This document shows, piece by piece, positions 1-10,241 of a stretch of DNA of 32,000 nucleotides. The stretch comes from Isorropodon fossajaponicum endosymbiont JTNG4 (GTDB lineage Bacteria > Pseudomonadota > Gammaproteobacteria > PS1 > Pseudothioglobaceae). The notes beneath the pieces are model-generated. The model ran no database searches, was not told the DNA's origin, and saw only the letters and a program-made list of their open reading frames with translations. The stretch lies in contig NZ_AP013043.1 of NCBI RefSeq assembly GCF_016592615.1, forward strand, positions 630,001-662,000, read 5' to 3'. A program made the position numbers and the translations under genes. The first letter of the stretch is position 1; each line of letters opens with the position of its first letter.

Positions 1-548
1 TCTTTTTTGATGTGTAAGGTTACTGTCGTGCCAAAATTTGGACAATCAACACTTTCTATTGAGTATTTTCCCTTGCCAGTAGAGGTCCATTTTGCACCTT
101 TTTTACCTTTACTGCCAGCTTTTCTAGTAATTAGTTCAACTTTATCAGCAACAATAAAGCTAGAATAAAATCCCACGCCAAATTGGCCAATTAAGTTAGT
201 GTCTTGTGCTTGTTTTTCATCTAAGCTTTTTAAGAACTTCTTAGTGCCAGAATTAGCAATGGTGCCGATGTTCTTATTAACTTCTGCTTCAGTCATGCCT
301 ATACCATTGTCAGTAATGGTAATTGTGCTGGCATCTTTATTCACATCAATGTGAATTTGCAACTCTTCTTTACCCTCAATCAAAGTATCATCTGATAAGG
401 ATTTGAATTTTAATTTATCAACTGCATCAGAGGCGTTAGAAACTAACTCACGTAAGAAAATCTCTTTGTTTGAATACAAAGAGTGAATCATCAAATCTAA
501 TAGTTGCGAGACTTCCGTTTGAAAAGTGTGCGTTTGTTTTTCTGCCAT
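1..548 (-). CDS. htpG: Chaperone HtpG (Hsp90 family), N-terminal ATPase part; the gene continues beyond the window start
   Basis: Reverse-strand translation from ATG at 546-548 gives MAEKQTHTFQTEVSQLLDLMIHSLYSNKEIFLRELVSNASDAV..., the Hsp90/HtpG N-terminal signature. It is absent from the ORF track because the window edge truncates it. Confidence 0.9.
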   Translation of the reverse strand, partial: MAEKQTHTFQTEVSQLLDLMIHSLYSNKEIFLRELVSNASDAVDKLKFKSLSDDTLIEGKEELQIHIDVNKDASTITITDNGIGMTEAEVNKNIGTIANSGTKKFLKSLDEKQAQDTNLIGQFGVGFYSSFIVADKVELITRKAGSKGKKGAKWTSTGKGKYSIESVDCPNFGTTVTLHIKK

Positions 549-590
549 TTTTTTTTATTCCTGTTTTGTGCGTAAAATGTATCAATATGG

Positions 591-1484
591 GTGAATTACA
601 AAAAAACAAGGGTTATTTTGCATAAACAAATTACTAATTTTATTCAGTATTTGAAAGTTGAGCGTCATTACGCCATTAATACGCAGCAGGCTTATAAGCG
701 TGATCTTGAGAAGTTGTTAGTATTTGTACATAAGAAAAGTCTTGAGCAGTGGTCAAATCTTACCAGTGATCATCTTAATTTGTTTGTGATGGAGATGCGT
801 CATCAAGACATTAGTGCCCGCACTATCCGCAGGAATTTGTCCTCAATTCGTGGATTTTTAGCCTATCTTGTTAATCATGAGCAGTTGAGTAATAATTGCG
901 CCATTCATTTACAATGCCCAAAAATTGATCAAAACTTGCCCAATATACTTAATTATGACAACATACTACTTATGCTCAAGCCTAGATCAAACACTTGGCT
1001 TGAATTAAGAGATGTGGCAATGGTTGAGGTGATGTACTCTTGCGGTCTTAGAGTGTCTGAATTGGTTGCTTTAAATGTTAATGACGTGGATTTAAATCAA
1101 GGATTTTTGCGCGTGGTTGGAAAAGGCGCTAAAGTTAGGTATACGCCAGTTGGTAAGGCGGCTCAGCAGGCAATTAGTCGTTTGTTGAATCGCTCAAATC
1201 ATGCGTTATTTGTGAATAAAAAGCAGCAAAGAATAAGCATAAGAGCTGTGCAAAATATGGTCAAAAAACGTGCACTAGAGGCTGGTATTAAAGTTAATGT
1301 GTATCCACATATGTTACGCCATGCAGCAGCAACTCACTTTTTACAATCCAGTCATGATTTACGTTCTACTCAAGAATTTTTAGGGCATTCCAGTATTAAA
1401 TCTACCCAAGTCTATACCCATCTTGATTTTTTAGAACTATCCAAAGTGTATGACCAGTGCCATCCAAGGGCTAAAAAATCATGA
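591..1484 (+). CDS. xerC: Tyrosine site-specific recombinase XerC
   Basis: 297-aa ORF. It carries catalytic-type motifs GLRVSEL, HMLRHAAATH and LGHSSIKSTQVYTHL. The C-terminus THLDFLELSKVYDQCHPRAKK resembles the XerC tail. Apparent GTG start. The stop overlaps the next start as ATGA. Confidence 0.8.
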   Translation: MNYKKTRVILHKQITNFIQYLKVERHYAINTQQAYKRDLEKLLVFVHKKSLEQWSNLTSDHLNLFVMEMRHQDISARTIRRNLSSIRGFLAYLVNHEQLSNNCAIHLQCPKIDQNLPNILNYDNILLMLKPRSNTWLELRDVAMVEVMYSCGLRVSELVALNVNDVDLNQGFLRVVGKGAKVRYTPVGKAAQQAISRLLNRSNHALFVNKKQQRISIRAVQNMVKKRALEAGIKVNVYPHMLRHAAATHFLQSSHDLRSTQEFLGHSSIKSTQVYTHLDFLELSKVYDQCHPRAKKS

Positions 1485-2017
1485 ATTTTCAGACCAGATT
1501 TGCAGTATCTTGTTTAAAAACAGGTGGTGTGATTAGTAATCCTACTGATACCATCCAGGGGTTGACTTGCTTGCCAAAATTTGAGTCTTCCATAGCTAAA
1601 ATACTGCAACTTAAACGCCGTTCAAGCGCTAAAGGTTTAATACTACTAGCCAGTGATGTACGTTATTTTATTGATTATGTTGAGGATGCTTCTTTGTTGG
1701 GTAATATAACAATGGGTACTCAGCCAACTACTTATTTACTCAAGGCGAATGAGCGGGCTTCTAAATTATTAACAGGTGGTTTTGATACAATTGCACTTAG
1801 ATTGACCAATAATCAACTCATTACTAATTTATGTGTAGCCACTAATAGTGGCTTGGTTTCAAGTAGCGCCAACATTACAAGTAAACGCAGTGCAACAAGT
1901 ATACTGGATTTAAAAAAATTCTTTAGCGATAAATTAGATTTTATTATCTCGCCAAAAACTTATAATACCCAAGCATCAAAAATTATTAATTTGCAAACTG
2001 GAGAGAAAATTAGGTGA
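1481..2017 (+). CDS. tsaC: Threonylcarbamoyl-AMP synthase TsaC (YrdC-type, Sua5/YciO/YrdC family)
   Basis: 178 aa. It aligns by eye with YrdC along its length ([40 protein letters not shown]). Overlapping start/stop with xerC and hemF suggests an operon. Confidence 0.75.
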   Translation: MNFQTRFAVSCLKTGGVISNPTDTIQGLTCLPKFESSIAKILQLKRRSSAKGLILLASDVRYFIDYVEDASLLGNITMGTQPTTYLLKANERASKLLTGGFDTIALRLTNNQLITNLCVATNSGLVSSSANITSKRSATSILDLKKFFSDKLDFIISPKTYNTQASKIINLQTGEKIR

Positions 2018-2937
2018 TTGAACAAATTAAAAAATATTTATTAATGTTGCAAGCTGATATTTGTGAACAACTTGAGCAAGTAGATGGCAAGGCTGAGTTT
2101 ATTAAAGACGCTTGGAAAAAGCCAAGTAAGACAGGCAATGGATTAACCCGAGTGCTAAGTAATGGCGCTGTGTTCGAACAAGCGGGTGTTAATTTTTCAA
2201 TCGTCCATGGTGATGATATGCCGGCCTCAGCCACCGCATTAAGACCAGAGTTAGCAGGGCGACGTTTTGCCGCTTTAGGTGTATCATTAGTGATTCATCC
2301 ACACAACCCTTATGTACCAACTTCGCACGCCAATGTTCGATTTTTTATCGCCGAAAAAGAAGGCGAGACACCTATTTGGTGGTTTGGCGGTGGCTTTGAT
2401 TTAACGCCGTATTATGGTTTTGACGAAGATGCCATTTTTTGGCATCAGTCAGCTAAACAAGCGTGCGACCCATTTGGTGAAGAGGTCTATCCAAAGTACA
2501 AAAAATGGTGCGATGATTATTTTTATTTAAAGCATAGGAGTGAGCAACGTGGCATTGGCGGTTTGTTTTTTGATGACCTTAATGAAGGTGGTTTTGATGA
2601 GTGCTTTGCTTTTATGAAAAGTGTAGGTGATGGCTATATTAAAGCTTATCGCCCCATTGTTGAACGTAGAAAGGACACGCCTTATACAGACCATGAAAGG
2701 CAATTTCAGCTTTATCGTCGAGGGCGTTATGTTGAATTTAATCTAGTTTATGATCGGGGTACTTTATTTGGCTTGCAAACAGGGGGTCATAGTGAATCAA
2801 TTTTGATGTCGTTACCACCATTGGTACGCTGGGAGTATCGATACGAGCCAGAGCCGGGTAGCGAAGAAGCAAGGTTATACACACGTTTTATTCAACCTCA
2901 AGATTGGATTAACATCTCTCAAGAGGGTGTGAAATAA
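2014..2937 (+). CDS. hemF: Oxygen-dependent coproporphyrinogen III oxidase
   Basis: 307 aa with HemF hallmarks ([56 protein letters not shown]). GTG start overlaps the tsaC stop. Confidence 0.92.
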   Translation: MIEQIKKYLLMLQADICEQLEQVDGKAEFIKDAWKKPSKTGNGLTRVLSNGAVFEQAGVNFSIVHGDDMPASATALRPELAGRRFAALGVSLVIHPHNPYVPTSHANVRFFIAEKEGETPIWWFGGGFDLTPYYGFDEDAIFWHQSAKQACDPFGEEVYPKYKKWCDDYFYLKHRSEQRGIGGLFFDDLNEGGFDECFAFMKSVGDGYIKAYRPIVERRKDTPYTDHERQFQLYRRGRYVEFNLVYDRGTLFGLQTGGHSESILMSLPPLVRWEYRYEPEPGSEEARLYTRFIQPQDWINISQEGVK

Positions 2938-2938
2938 A

Positions 2939-3163
2939 GTGAAACATAATCTTGATGTTAAGCGCTTGTTGTGCCCTATGCCAGTGATTCGCTTAGGCGA
3001 GATGATTGAAAAAATTAAAAGTAATGACACGATTGAAATGCTTGCCACCGACCCTGGTGTATTACATGACATACCTGCTTGGTGTAAAGTACATGGGCAT
3101 AGAGTGATTTCGATTAATGAAAAAACCGATGAGATTATTCTACTTGTAGAGAAAATAGGGTAG
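2939..3163 (+). CDS. tusA: TusA-family sulfur carrier protein (CPxP motif)
   Basis: 74 aa. The N-terminal LLCPMPVIRL matches the TusA/SirA CPxP active-site motif. GTG start lies 1 nt after the hemF stop. Confidence 0.75.
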   Translation: MKHNLDVKRLLCPMPVIRLGEMIEKIKSNDTIEMLATDPGVLHDIPAWCKVHGHRVISINEKTDEIILLVEKIG

Positions 3164-3277
3164 AATTGTCCGCTGTTTTTATAAAAAATAAAACCAACAA
3201 AGAACAATGCTTGCAACGGCGCAGGCTATTTTGACAAAGACTGTCAGCAAATATAAATAGTCAAAAAAGGAGAAAGC

Positions 3278-4693
3278 ATGTCTGTTAAAAATGTAATGAA
3301 AATGATTGAAGACAATGAAGTGAAATTCATTGATTTTCGTTTTACTGATACCATTGGTAAAGAACACCACGTGAGCGTTCCAGCACACGCTGTTAATGCT
3401 GAAAAATTAGAAGATGGTCAGATGTTTGATGGCTCATCAATTGCTGGTTGGAAGCCTATTAATGAATCTGACATGATTATGATGCCAGACACAACAACAG
3501 CGGTAATGGACCCATTTACTGAAGAATCCACGCTTAATATCACTTGTGATATTATCGAGTCAAATGATATGAAGGGCTATGAAAAAGACCCTCGTTCTAT
3601 CGCAAAAAGAGCTGAAGCTTATTTAAGTGAAACTGGCATTGGTGATACTGTATATTTTGGTAACGAGCCAGAGTTTTTTGTTTTTGACAGTGTTAAGTGG
3701 GATACAGGCTTCGGTTTGGGTAAGGCATTTTATGAGATTCACTCTGAAGAAGCAGATTGGGAGTCAGGCTCTGATTTAGAGGGTGGCAATAAAGGACACC
3801 GTCCTAGAATTAAAGGTGGTTATTTCCCAGTCCCACCAGTAGATTCATTGCATGATTTGCGTTCGCAAATGTGTTTAGCAATCGAAGAAATGGGTGTTAC
3901 TACCGAGGTTCATCACCACGAAGTTGGCACTGCTGGACAGTGTGAAATTGGCGCACTGTTTAACACATTAGTGAAAAAAGCTGATGAGACTCAAATCTTA
4001 AAATATTGTGTACATAATGTTGCGCATGCTTATGGTAAAACAGCAACGTTTATGCCTAAGCCAATTGCCGTTGATAATGGCAATGGCATGCACGTTCATC
4101 AGTCAGTTTTCAAAAATGGTAAGAATTTATTTGATGGTGATGAATATGGCAATTTAAGCAAAACAGCACTGTACTATATTGGTGGTATTGTCAAGCACGC
4201 TCAAGCACTTAATGCCTTTACTAATGCTTCTACCAACTCGTATAAGCGTTTAGTACCAGGCTTTGAAGCGCCAGAAATGCTGGCATATTCAGCTAAAAAT
4301 CGCTCCGCTGCTATTCGTATTCCTTTTGTGTCCAATCCAAAAGGTCGTCGTATTGAAGTGCGTTTTCCAGATCCAACAGCCAATCCATATCTTGCATTTG
4401 CAGCAATGTTAATGGCAGGTCTTGATGGTATTAAGAACAAGATTGATCCAGGAAAACCAGGTGATGAAGACTTGTACGAATTAACAGAAAAAGAAAAAGC
4501 CTCTATCCCTAAAGTGTGTAGTTCATTAGATCAAGCACTTGAAGCACTGAATAAAGACCGTAAGTTTTTAACACAAGGTGGCGTATTCACTGATAATGTG
4601 ATTGATTCATTCATTGAGTTAAAAATGACAGAAGTGACTGCACTACGTGCTTCTCCTCATCCGGTAGAGTTTGACATGTATTACAGTGTGTAA
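3278..4693 (+). CDS. glnA: Glutamine synthetase type I
   Basis: 471 aa with canonical GSI motifs ([38 protein letters not shown]). AGGAGA Shine-Dalgarno upstream of the ATG. Confidence 0.95.
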   Translation: MSVKNVMKMIEDNEVKFIDFRFTDTIGKEHHVSVPAHAVNAEKLEDGQMFDGSSIAGWKPINESDMIMMPDTTTAVMDPFTEESTLNITCDIIESNDMKGYEKDPRSIAKRAEAYLSETGIGDTVYFGNEPEFFVFDSVKWDTGFGLGKAFYEIHSEEADWESGSDLEGGNKGHRPRIKGGYFPVPPVDSLHDLRSQMCLAIEEMGVTTEVHHHEVGTAGQCEIGALFNTLVKKADETQILKYCVHNVAHAYGKTATFMPKPIAVDNGNGMHVHQSVFKNGKNLFDGDEYGNLSKTALYYIGGIVKHAQALNAFTNASTNSYKRLVPGFEAPEMLAYSAKNRSAAIRIPFVSNPKGRRIEVRFPDPTANPYLAFAAMLMAGLDGIKNKIDPGKPGDEDLYELTEKEKASIPKVCSSLDQALEALNKDRKFLTQGGVFTDNVIDSFIELKMTEVTALRASPHPVEFDMYYSV

Positions 4694-4801
4694 AATTTAA
4701 AATAACGATAAAAAAGTAAGCTTGTCTTTATAAATTATTATTTTAAGTGAAATTGTTTTTCTTTTCAGAAACCTTTTAATTCTTTTATTAGTTTAAAGTA
4801 G

Positions 4802-4899
4802 TGCAATGCTCTAACCTACTTGGACACATTTCAAGCCGCTTTTTTCAATTCAGCCATCTTTTGAGCAGGTGTTAAATACCCAAAAATTAGAGCATTGCA
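4802..4899. mobile_element. Miniature (MITE-like) derivative of the IS3-family element: 82 bp of the IRR end capped by an inverted copy of the 13-bp IRR tip
   Basis: 4802-4883 is identical to the first 82 bp of the IRR end seen at 8950 and 20781. 4887-4899 (TTAGAGCATTGCA) is the exact reverse complement of 4802-4814 (TGCAATGCTCTAA). Confidence 0.6.
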
Positions 4900-4908
4900 G
4901 TATGGTAT

Positions 4909-5274
4909 GTGCTATTTCAGGTTGTTGTGGGTAATTCGCTAACTTTAGAGACTCGTGAGGTGTTCTATACTCCAGCTCATTATACGGGTTTGTGGGATAT
5001 GCGATTAAATCTTAGGAAATCTGAGAGTTTAATTACTAAACAACAGAAACAACAGAACAAGCAACACTCATCGATTCGTTATATTGTTGAGCGAACCTTT
5101 GGTTTGCTCAAGCTTCATCATGGTTTAGGCAAGGTAAGATACCTTGGTTTAGAAAGAAATAAAACCAGGGCTCAGTTAATTGCCATGAGTCACAACTTGA
5201 AAGACTGGCATGAATATATTCAAACGAATGCAAAGCCTGAGGGGTTGTTGTGTTTAAAGGTTGGAATGGTGTAA
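4909..5274 (+). pseudogene. IS5/IS4-superfamily (DDE_Tnp_1-type) transposase, C-terminal remnant
   Basis: Only the C-terminal block is recognisable (SIRYIVERTFGLLKLHHGLGKVRYLGLERNKTRAQLIAMSHNL). No N-terminal catalytic part and no credible start. Confidence 0.55.
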
Positions 5275-5529
5275 AAAATAAGAAAAATAAATGCTAAAAG
5301 CATCTATTTAAAAGGTGGTTTGTTAGATTTTTATGCAAAGATGAGAAAATCTGGTAAATTTTTTAGAAAAAATAAAAAGAATGGAATTTTGGAGAGGGAA
5401 TTATGAATTACGCAAAGGTCTCTCTTTATTTTTCATGCCAATAGATAAGGAGCTCAAGTTTACTCGAAGAGAGGCTAATAAACTATTTGGATGGGCATCT
5501 AGTAATGAAAACCTAAAATTTATCAAAAT

Positions 5530-5772
5530 ATGATTGGAGGCGGGGCAGGTGTTGGTAATGAGTGGTCTGTAGAATTGGCATTGATAGAGGCATCTGGTAA
5601 TTTTAAAAATCCAGAAATTATCAAAACATTACTAAAAGCAGGTGCAACTGTAAACAAAATGCAAAAGAGAAGTATTCTTGGAAAAATATTAAATGGTAAA
5701 AGCTATGTTGCTTTAAGTAAAGAGAAACAACAAATTTATGATTTGATTAAAAATCAAAAAGCTACTCATTAA
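5530..5772 (+). pseudogene. Ankyrin-repeat protein fragment (degraded)
   Basis: ASGNFKNPEIIKTLLKAGATVN fits the ankyrin-repeat consensus (..xxxVVKLLLxxGADVN). A second repeat-like stretch (GWASSNENLKFIK) lies just upstream (about 5488-5529) in another frame, implying a frameshift. Confidence 0.35.
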
Positions 5773-5806
5773 AATAAGGTAATTGGTTTTTATTAAACTA
5801 TGAAAA

Positions 5807-5832
5807 GCCGTGCAATTGCACGGCTTCTTTGT
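5807..5832 (+). terminator. Rho-independent terminator candidate
   Basis: Perfect 18-nt palindrome GCCGTGCAATTGCACGGC (5807-5824) followed by TTCTTTGTTG. It is preceded by AAAA, so it could work in both directions. Confidence 0.55.
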
Positions 5833-5879
5833 TGTATAAGGCGGTAAAATATCGACAACAAATTTACATTAAACCCATT

Positions 5880-6848
5880 ATGGCAGAATTAAGAAACGAT
5901 TGGACTCTAAAAGAGGTTGAGGCATTATTTGTATTACCTTTTAATGATTTATTATTTCAAGCACACAGTATTCATAGACAGAATTTTGACCCTAATCAGG
6001 TTCAAGTTAGTTCATTGTTAAATATCAAAACTGGTGCGTGTCCAGAAGATTGTTCATATTGTTCACAAAGTTCTAAATACGACACAGGGCTTGAGCGTGA
6101 AAAATTAATGGAGGTTGATTTGGTGCTTCAACAAGCCAAACAGGCGCAAGACAAGGGTGCAACGCGGTTTTGTATGGGCGCTGCATGGCGCAATCCTACT
6201 GATAAGAGTCTAGATAAAGTCATCCCCATGATTCAAGGTGTGAAAGCCATGGGCATGGAAACATGCGTAACCTTGGGTATGTTGACCCAGGAACAAGCAT
6301 TTACCTTAAAAGAAGCGGGTCTAGATTATTATAATCATAATATTGACACTTCAAAAGAGCACTACTCAAATGTGGTTACTACGCGTAATTTTCAAGATCG
6401 TTTAAACACTTTAGAATCAGTACAAAATGCCGATATTCATGTTTGTAGTGGTGGCATTTTAGGCTTGGGCGAAAATCAGACTGATCGCGCCTCTATGCTT
6501 AGGTCATTGTCTAGTTTAAAATCACATCCAGATAGTGTGCCACTTAACTTATTAGTACCCATCCCAGGCACGCCATTTGAAAACATTGAGCCACCAACTG
6601 AAAGTGAGTTTATACGTACCATTGCAGTAGCACGCATCATGATGCCAAAATCAGTTGTACGCTTATCAGCAGGACGCACTGAAATGGGCGAGGCTATGCA
6701 AGCGCTTTGTTTTTTTGCAGGGGCTAATTCTATCTTTTATGGCGAGCAATTACTCACCACTGATAATCCAAACACAAGCAGCGACCAAGATTTGTTTGCA
6801 AGGCTAGGGATTAATCAAAAGCAAGCAGATAATCTACAATCTGTTTAG
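5880..6848 (+). CDS. bioB: Biotin synthase
   Basis: Radical-SAM motif [13 protein letters not shown], plus YNHNIDTS and a near-collinear match to BioB. I place the start at ATG 5880 ([17 protein letters not shown]) rather than the track's upstream TTG at 5829, which overlaps the terminator hairpin. Confidence 0.9.
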   Translation: MAELRNDWTLKEVEALFVLPFNDLLFQAHSIHRQNFDPNQVQVSSLLNIKTGACPEDCSYCSQSSKYDTGLEREKLMEVDLVLQQAKQAQDKGATRFCMGAAWRNPTDKSLDKVIPMIQGVKAMGMETCVTLGMLTQEQAFTLKEAGLDYYNHNIDTSKEHYSNVVTTRNFQDRLNTLESVQNADIHVCSGGILGLGENQTDRASMLRSLSSLKSHPDSVPLNLLVPIPGTPFENIEPPTESEFIRTIAVARIMMPKSVVRLSAGRTEMGEAMQALCFFAGANSIFYGEQLLTTDNPNTSSDQDLFARLGINQKQADNLQSV

Positions 6849-7827
6849 CCGCATTGGGTTTGGTAAGTTTGAGCGCATTAGTAGACATTTGTTTAATTTG
6901 ATTTTTGTTAATATTGAGTAAGGTTTTTTCTAACAGTTCAATCGTTAAATTTTTTTGTTCAATCAATATGCCAGCGTTGCTATCTGCCAAAATCTTGGCA
7001 TTATACAATTGATGATTGTCAATGGCATGAGGCAGGGGGATCAAAATACTAGGCGTGGCTGATAGCATCAATTCTGAAACTGTCATTGCGCCCGCTCTAC
7101 AAAGCACAATATCTGCCCAAGCATAGGCACTTGCCATGTCTTTAATAAATGCAGTAACTTTCACAGTATTGTTTTTGTATTGGGCTTTAACTGCATCAAA
7201 ATGCAGCCCTCCTGTTTGATGCCAAATATTAATATCAATATTGAGTTGTACGGTGATATCGTTAATAGGCTTTGAGCCTAAAGAGCCGCCGATGATTAAT
7301 AAGTTTAATTTATTGTTATTATTTTGTCTTTCAACAGGATTGAACGCGACAGGATTGCCAGAAGTGGTGGCATTTTTAATAAAAGTATCATTAAATGCTT
7401 GAAAGGTTTTTGTGGCTATTTTATTGAGTATTTTATTGGTTGTACCTGGTATAGAGTTCTGTTCATGAATCACCAGTGGTACTCTAAAAATACAAGCCAC
7501 CAAACCGCCAATGCCAGAGGCAAAGCCACCCATGCCAAGTACAATATCTGGTTTAAACTTTAGAAAAATACCCATCACTTGCAGCGTTGCATAACTAAGT
7601 AAAAAAGGCGCTTTTATCAGGCTAACAATACTTTTACCACGCAAGCCAACACTATTCACTGTGTGTAGTTTGATGTTGTGTTTAGGCACAATTTCATTTT
7701 CCATACCAGTATTTGAGCCTAACCATTGAATATGAGTTGAATGATTTTTAAGTTCGTTAACAATAGCAAGTGCAGGAAATATATGCCCACCAGTTCCACC
7801 AGCCATAATGAGAATTTTTTTAGACAT
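6811..7827 (-). CDS. murG: UDP-N-acetylglucosamine--N-acetylmuramyl-(pentapeptide) pyrophosphoryl-undecaprenol GlcNAc transferase
   Basis: [22 protein letters not shown]-terminus and the overall MurG pattern. Start chosen at ATG 7827, overlapping the ftsW stop by 8 nt. Confidence 0.9.
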   Translation of the reverse strand: MSKKILIMAGGTGGHIFPALAIVNELKNHSTHIQWLGSNTGMENEIVPKHNIKLHTVNSVGLRGKSIVSLIKAPFLLSYATLQVMGIFLKFKPDIVLGMGGFASGIGGLVACIFRVPLVIHEQNSIPGTTNKILNKIATKTFQAFNDTFIKNATTSGNPVAFNPVERQNNNNKLNLLIIGGSLGSKPINDITVQLNIDINIWHQTGGLHFDAVKAQYKNNTVKVTAFIKDMASAYAWADIVLCRAGAMTVSELMLSATPSILIPLPHAIDNHQLYNAKILADSNAGILIEQKNLTIELLEKTLLNINKNQIKQMSTNALKLTKPNAAKQIVDYLLAFD

Positions 7828-8977
7828 AATGTTTTTGTTTAGAATATTCACAACGATTTTCCATATCAATTCTGAGTAATATAGCCAGTGATATCAGTGC
7901 AAATATCATACTTGAACCGCCATAACTAATCAGTGGCAAGGTAAAGCCCTTGGGTGGAATTAAGCCAAGATTCATGGCAATATTAACGCTAAATTGCATG
8001 CTCAGCCAAGTACAAATACCAAAACCAACATAGGAACTGTATTTGCGATTATTTTTAAGGGCGTCTTTGGCAATTTTAAAACCTTTAAGAATAATATAAG
8101 CAAAGGTAAACAATACAAACAACATACCAACAATACCTGTTTCTTCGCCAATAATAGCAAAAATCATATCGGTATGTGGCTCTGGTAGTTTTGTGTATTT
8201 TTGAATACCATTACCCAATCCAACGCCAGTCCAATCACCTCTAGCGATACCGATTAATGCTTGTTTGGTTTGCCATACTTTTTCAGATTCGTTAAGCCAT
8301 AAATCTTCTCGCCAAAAGGAAGTTAGCCTTTCAACTCGATTGGGAATTTGGAAAAGAATGACAATAAAAACAGCAACAACGCTTGCACCAACTATGAACA
8401 ATTGCTTTAAGTAAACACCAGCAGTTAGCAGCATGGCAAAAGCAGTTGCGGAAATAATAAAGGTCGCGCCAATATCTGGCTCTAGTAATAACAAAAAACT
8501 TGATGCACCAATGATAATAAGCGTTTTAATAAAGCCCATATAAGGCTTTCTTAGATCCTTTTCCTGCCTAACCAAAAAGCCCGCCATGAATAGAATCATC
8601 ACCAATTTCATCATTTCAGAAGGCTGAAATTTAAACAACACAAAGTTAATCCAACGCGTTGAGCCTTTAACGGTTTTGCCAATAGGCTCTGGTAAAAACA
8701 CCAGCGCTAAGCATATCAAAGTAATAATAAAAAATAATTTAGAATGATTTTTGTAAAAATATAAGGGGACTTTAAGCACAGTGTAACCAAGGCTCAAGCC
8801 TAGGATAATAAAAACAGTTTGTTTTATAAAAAAACCGTAACTACTAAAATGTCCAAGCGAGGCAGAAAAAGACAATATCCAGCCAAAGGTCAACAGTGTC
8901 AAAATCGCAAAAAGTAGATTTTTATCAGGCAGTTGACCAGTTTTTTCGATGCAATGCTCTAACCTACTTGGACACAT
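7820..8977 (-). CDS. ftsW: Cell-division lipid II flippase/peptidoglycan glycosyltransferase FtsW (SEDS family); the first 9 codons come from the IS terminal repeat
   Basis: SEDS motifs ([51 protein letters not shown]). The ORF start ATG 8975-8977 lies inside the IS copy whose tip is at 8950. Confidence 0.85.
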   Translation of the reverse strand: MCPSRLEHCIEKTGQLPDKNLLFAILTLLTFGWILSFSASLGHFSSYGFFIKQTVFIILGLSLGYTVLKVPLYFYKNHSKLFFIITLICLALVFLPEPIGKTVKGSTRWINFVLFKFQPSEMMKLVMILFMAGFLVRQEKDLRKPYMGFIKTLIIIGASSFLLLLEPDIGATFIISATAFAMLLTAGVYLKQLFIVGASVVAVFIVILFQIPNRVERLTSFWREDLWLNESEKVWQTKQALIGIARGDWTGVGLGNGIQKYTKLPEPHTDMIFAIIGEETGIVGMLFVLFTFAYIILKGFKIAKDALKNNRKYSSYVGFGICTWLSMQFSVNIAMNLGLIPPKGFTLPLISYGGSSMIFALISLAILLRIDMENRCEYSKQKHYV

Positions 8978-8978
8978 T

Positions 8979-9707
8979 TCAAGCCGCTTTTTTCAATTCA
9001 GCCATCTTTTGAGCAGGTGTTAAATACCCAATCGCTGAATGAATCCTTTTGTAATTATACAAGTAGATATAACCCTCTACATTTTGCACGACTTCACTAT
9101 GATTTGCAAAACTTTGATAATTTAATCTCTCAGTCTTCAGACTTCTAAAGAAACGCTCCATGACCGCATTATCCCAACAATTACCTCGCCTGCTCATGCT
9201 TTGAGTAATGTTGTTCTTGTTGCAATAATCAATAAAAACTTTAGAAGAGTATTGAGTCCCTTGATCAGAGTGGAACATGTGTTTATTTGTATTGGGCTGG
9301 TGTCTAGACACAGCATTACTAAGCGCATCCTTTGCCAACTGAGCATTAGGCTGTTTTGACAATGCCCAACCAACAACTTGTCTTGAGCCTAAATCCAACA
9401 CACTGGCTAAATAACTCCCACCTTGATAGGTTTTGATATAGGTAATATCACCAACCCAATGCGTATTAATTGATTGCTGCTCAAACACACGATTTAATAG
9501 GTTTTTTGCCTTTTTAAACATCAATCTAGTATTAGGGTAATAATGACGCTTTCTTGGGCGTATGGCAACTACATTGGCTTTTTTCATTAGCGTTGCAGTT
9601 TGGTAAATACCAATGTTATAACCTTGGTTATTCAAAACTACTCGCATTCTGCGTTTGCCATAGGTGTATCCAACTTCAATAGCAGTTTGTTTGATTAATT
9701 TAATCAT
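8979..9707 (-). CDS. IS3-family transposase OrfB (DDE integrase core), ATG-delimited part
   Basis: 242 aa. DDE-type motifs WVGDITYI, HSDQGTQY and NAVMERFF. The protein is identical in all three copies. Confidence 0.85.
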   Translation of the reverse strand: MIKLIKQTAIEVGYTYGKRRMRVVLNNQGYNIGIYQTATLMKKANVVAIRPRKRHYYPNTRLMFKKAKNLLNRVFEQQSINTHWVGDITYIKTYQGGSYLASVLDLGSRQVVGWALSKQPNAQLAKDALSNAVSRHQPNTNKHMFHSDQGTQYSSKVFIDYCNKNNITQSMSRRGNCWDNAVMERFFRSLKTERLNYQSFANHSEVVQNVEGYIYLYNYKRIHSAIGYLTPAQKMAELKKAA

Positions 9708-9832
9708 AGCGTTGGTGTTGTTGTTTACTCGCTTATCTTTGACTTGATAGTAATAACTACTGTGAGGAAGTTTGAGTAATGCTCATAATTCTTTAGTATT
9801 GTATTGTTGGCAAGCCTTGTTTATCTTGATAA

Positions 9833-10184
9833 TCATATCACTTGGTGATTGTCCACAGCGAACAAGGCTGTTGCCTTTTTTAAGATTTCATTGTCCCTTT
9901 GTGCGCGCCAAAGTTGTTTCTCAAGCAGTTGTATTGTTTGTTGTTCAGAAGTCAGCGCTTTGCCTGACTCTGGTGTTTGTCCACCAAGCTCTGCTAGGTA
10001 TTGTTTTCTCCATCTGCTAACTGCTGAGGAGCAAGCTCCTGATATTATCATGATTTTTTTTATTGGTGTAATTCTCATGCACCATGAGTTTGGCATAATC
10101 TAGTGTTCCCCCCTCAAGGGGGTATTGAACAGAATGTTCAACGGTAAAAGTCACTCGTTGTTTTCTTGATTTATATTGTGTCAT
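9833..10184 (-). pseudogene. IS3-family OrfA, frameshifted (A8 tract instead of A7)
   Basis: ATG at 10182-10184 is preceded by AAGGAGG. The T8 run at 10054-10061 (A8 on the coding strand) breaks the frame that is open in copy 3. Confidence 0.7.
9875..9881 (-). promoter_or_regulatory. Programmed -1 frameshift heptamer A AAA AAG (copy 1)
   Basis: Coding strand reads TTA AAA AAG in the orfA zero frame. This is the classical IS3-family slippery motif. Confidence 0.6.
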
Positions 10185-10241
10185 TACTGACCTCCTTATG
10201 GTTTGTATTATAAGGCTATCTTTGTGTCCAATAAAATTAGA

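Noticed and set aside
3164-3277. Sigma-54 (TGGCAC-N5-TTGCA) promoter or NtrC sites upstream of glnA
   Set aside because: A TTGCA occurs at 3211-3215, but there is no GG at the -24 spacing and no TGCACC-type palindromes, so this is not supportable.
4794-4801. Shared 8-mer TAAAGTAG next to the miniature IS (4794-4801) and next to copy 2 (13224-13231) as a possible target-site preference
   Set aside because: It is too short, occurs in opposite orientation relative to the IS tip, and is offset by 1 nt. This cannot be distinguished from coincidence.
9772-10103. 82-aa, 84-aa and 60-aa ORFs inside each IS copy (also 12068-12399, 12796-12978, 9194-9376, 21603-21901, 21025-21207)
   Set aside because: They lie antisense to, or out of frame within, orfA/orfB. 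They have Cys/Leu/Ser-rich compositions typical of shadow ORFs and no family resemblance.
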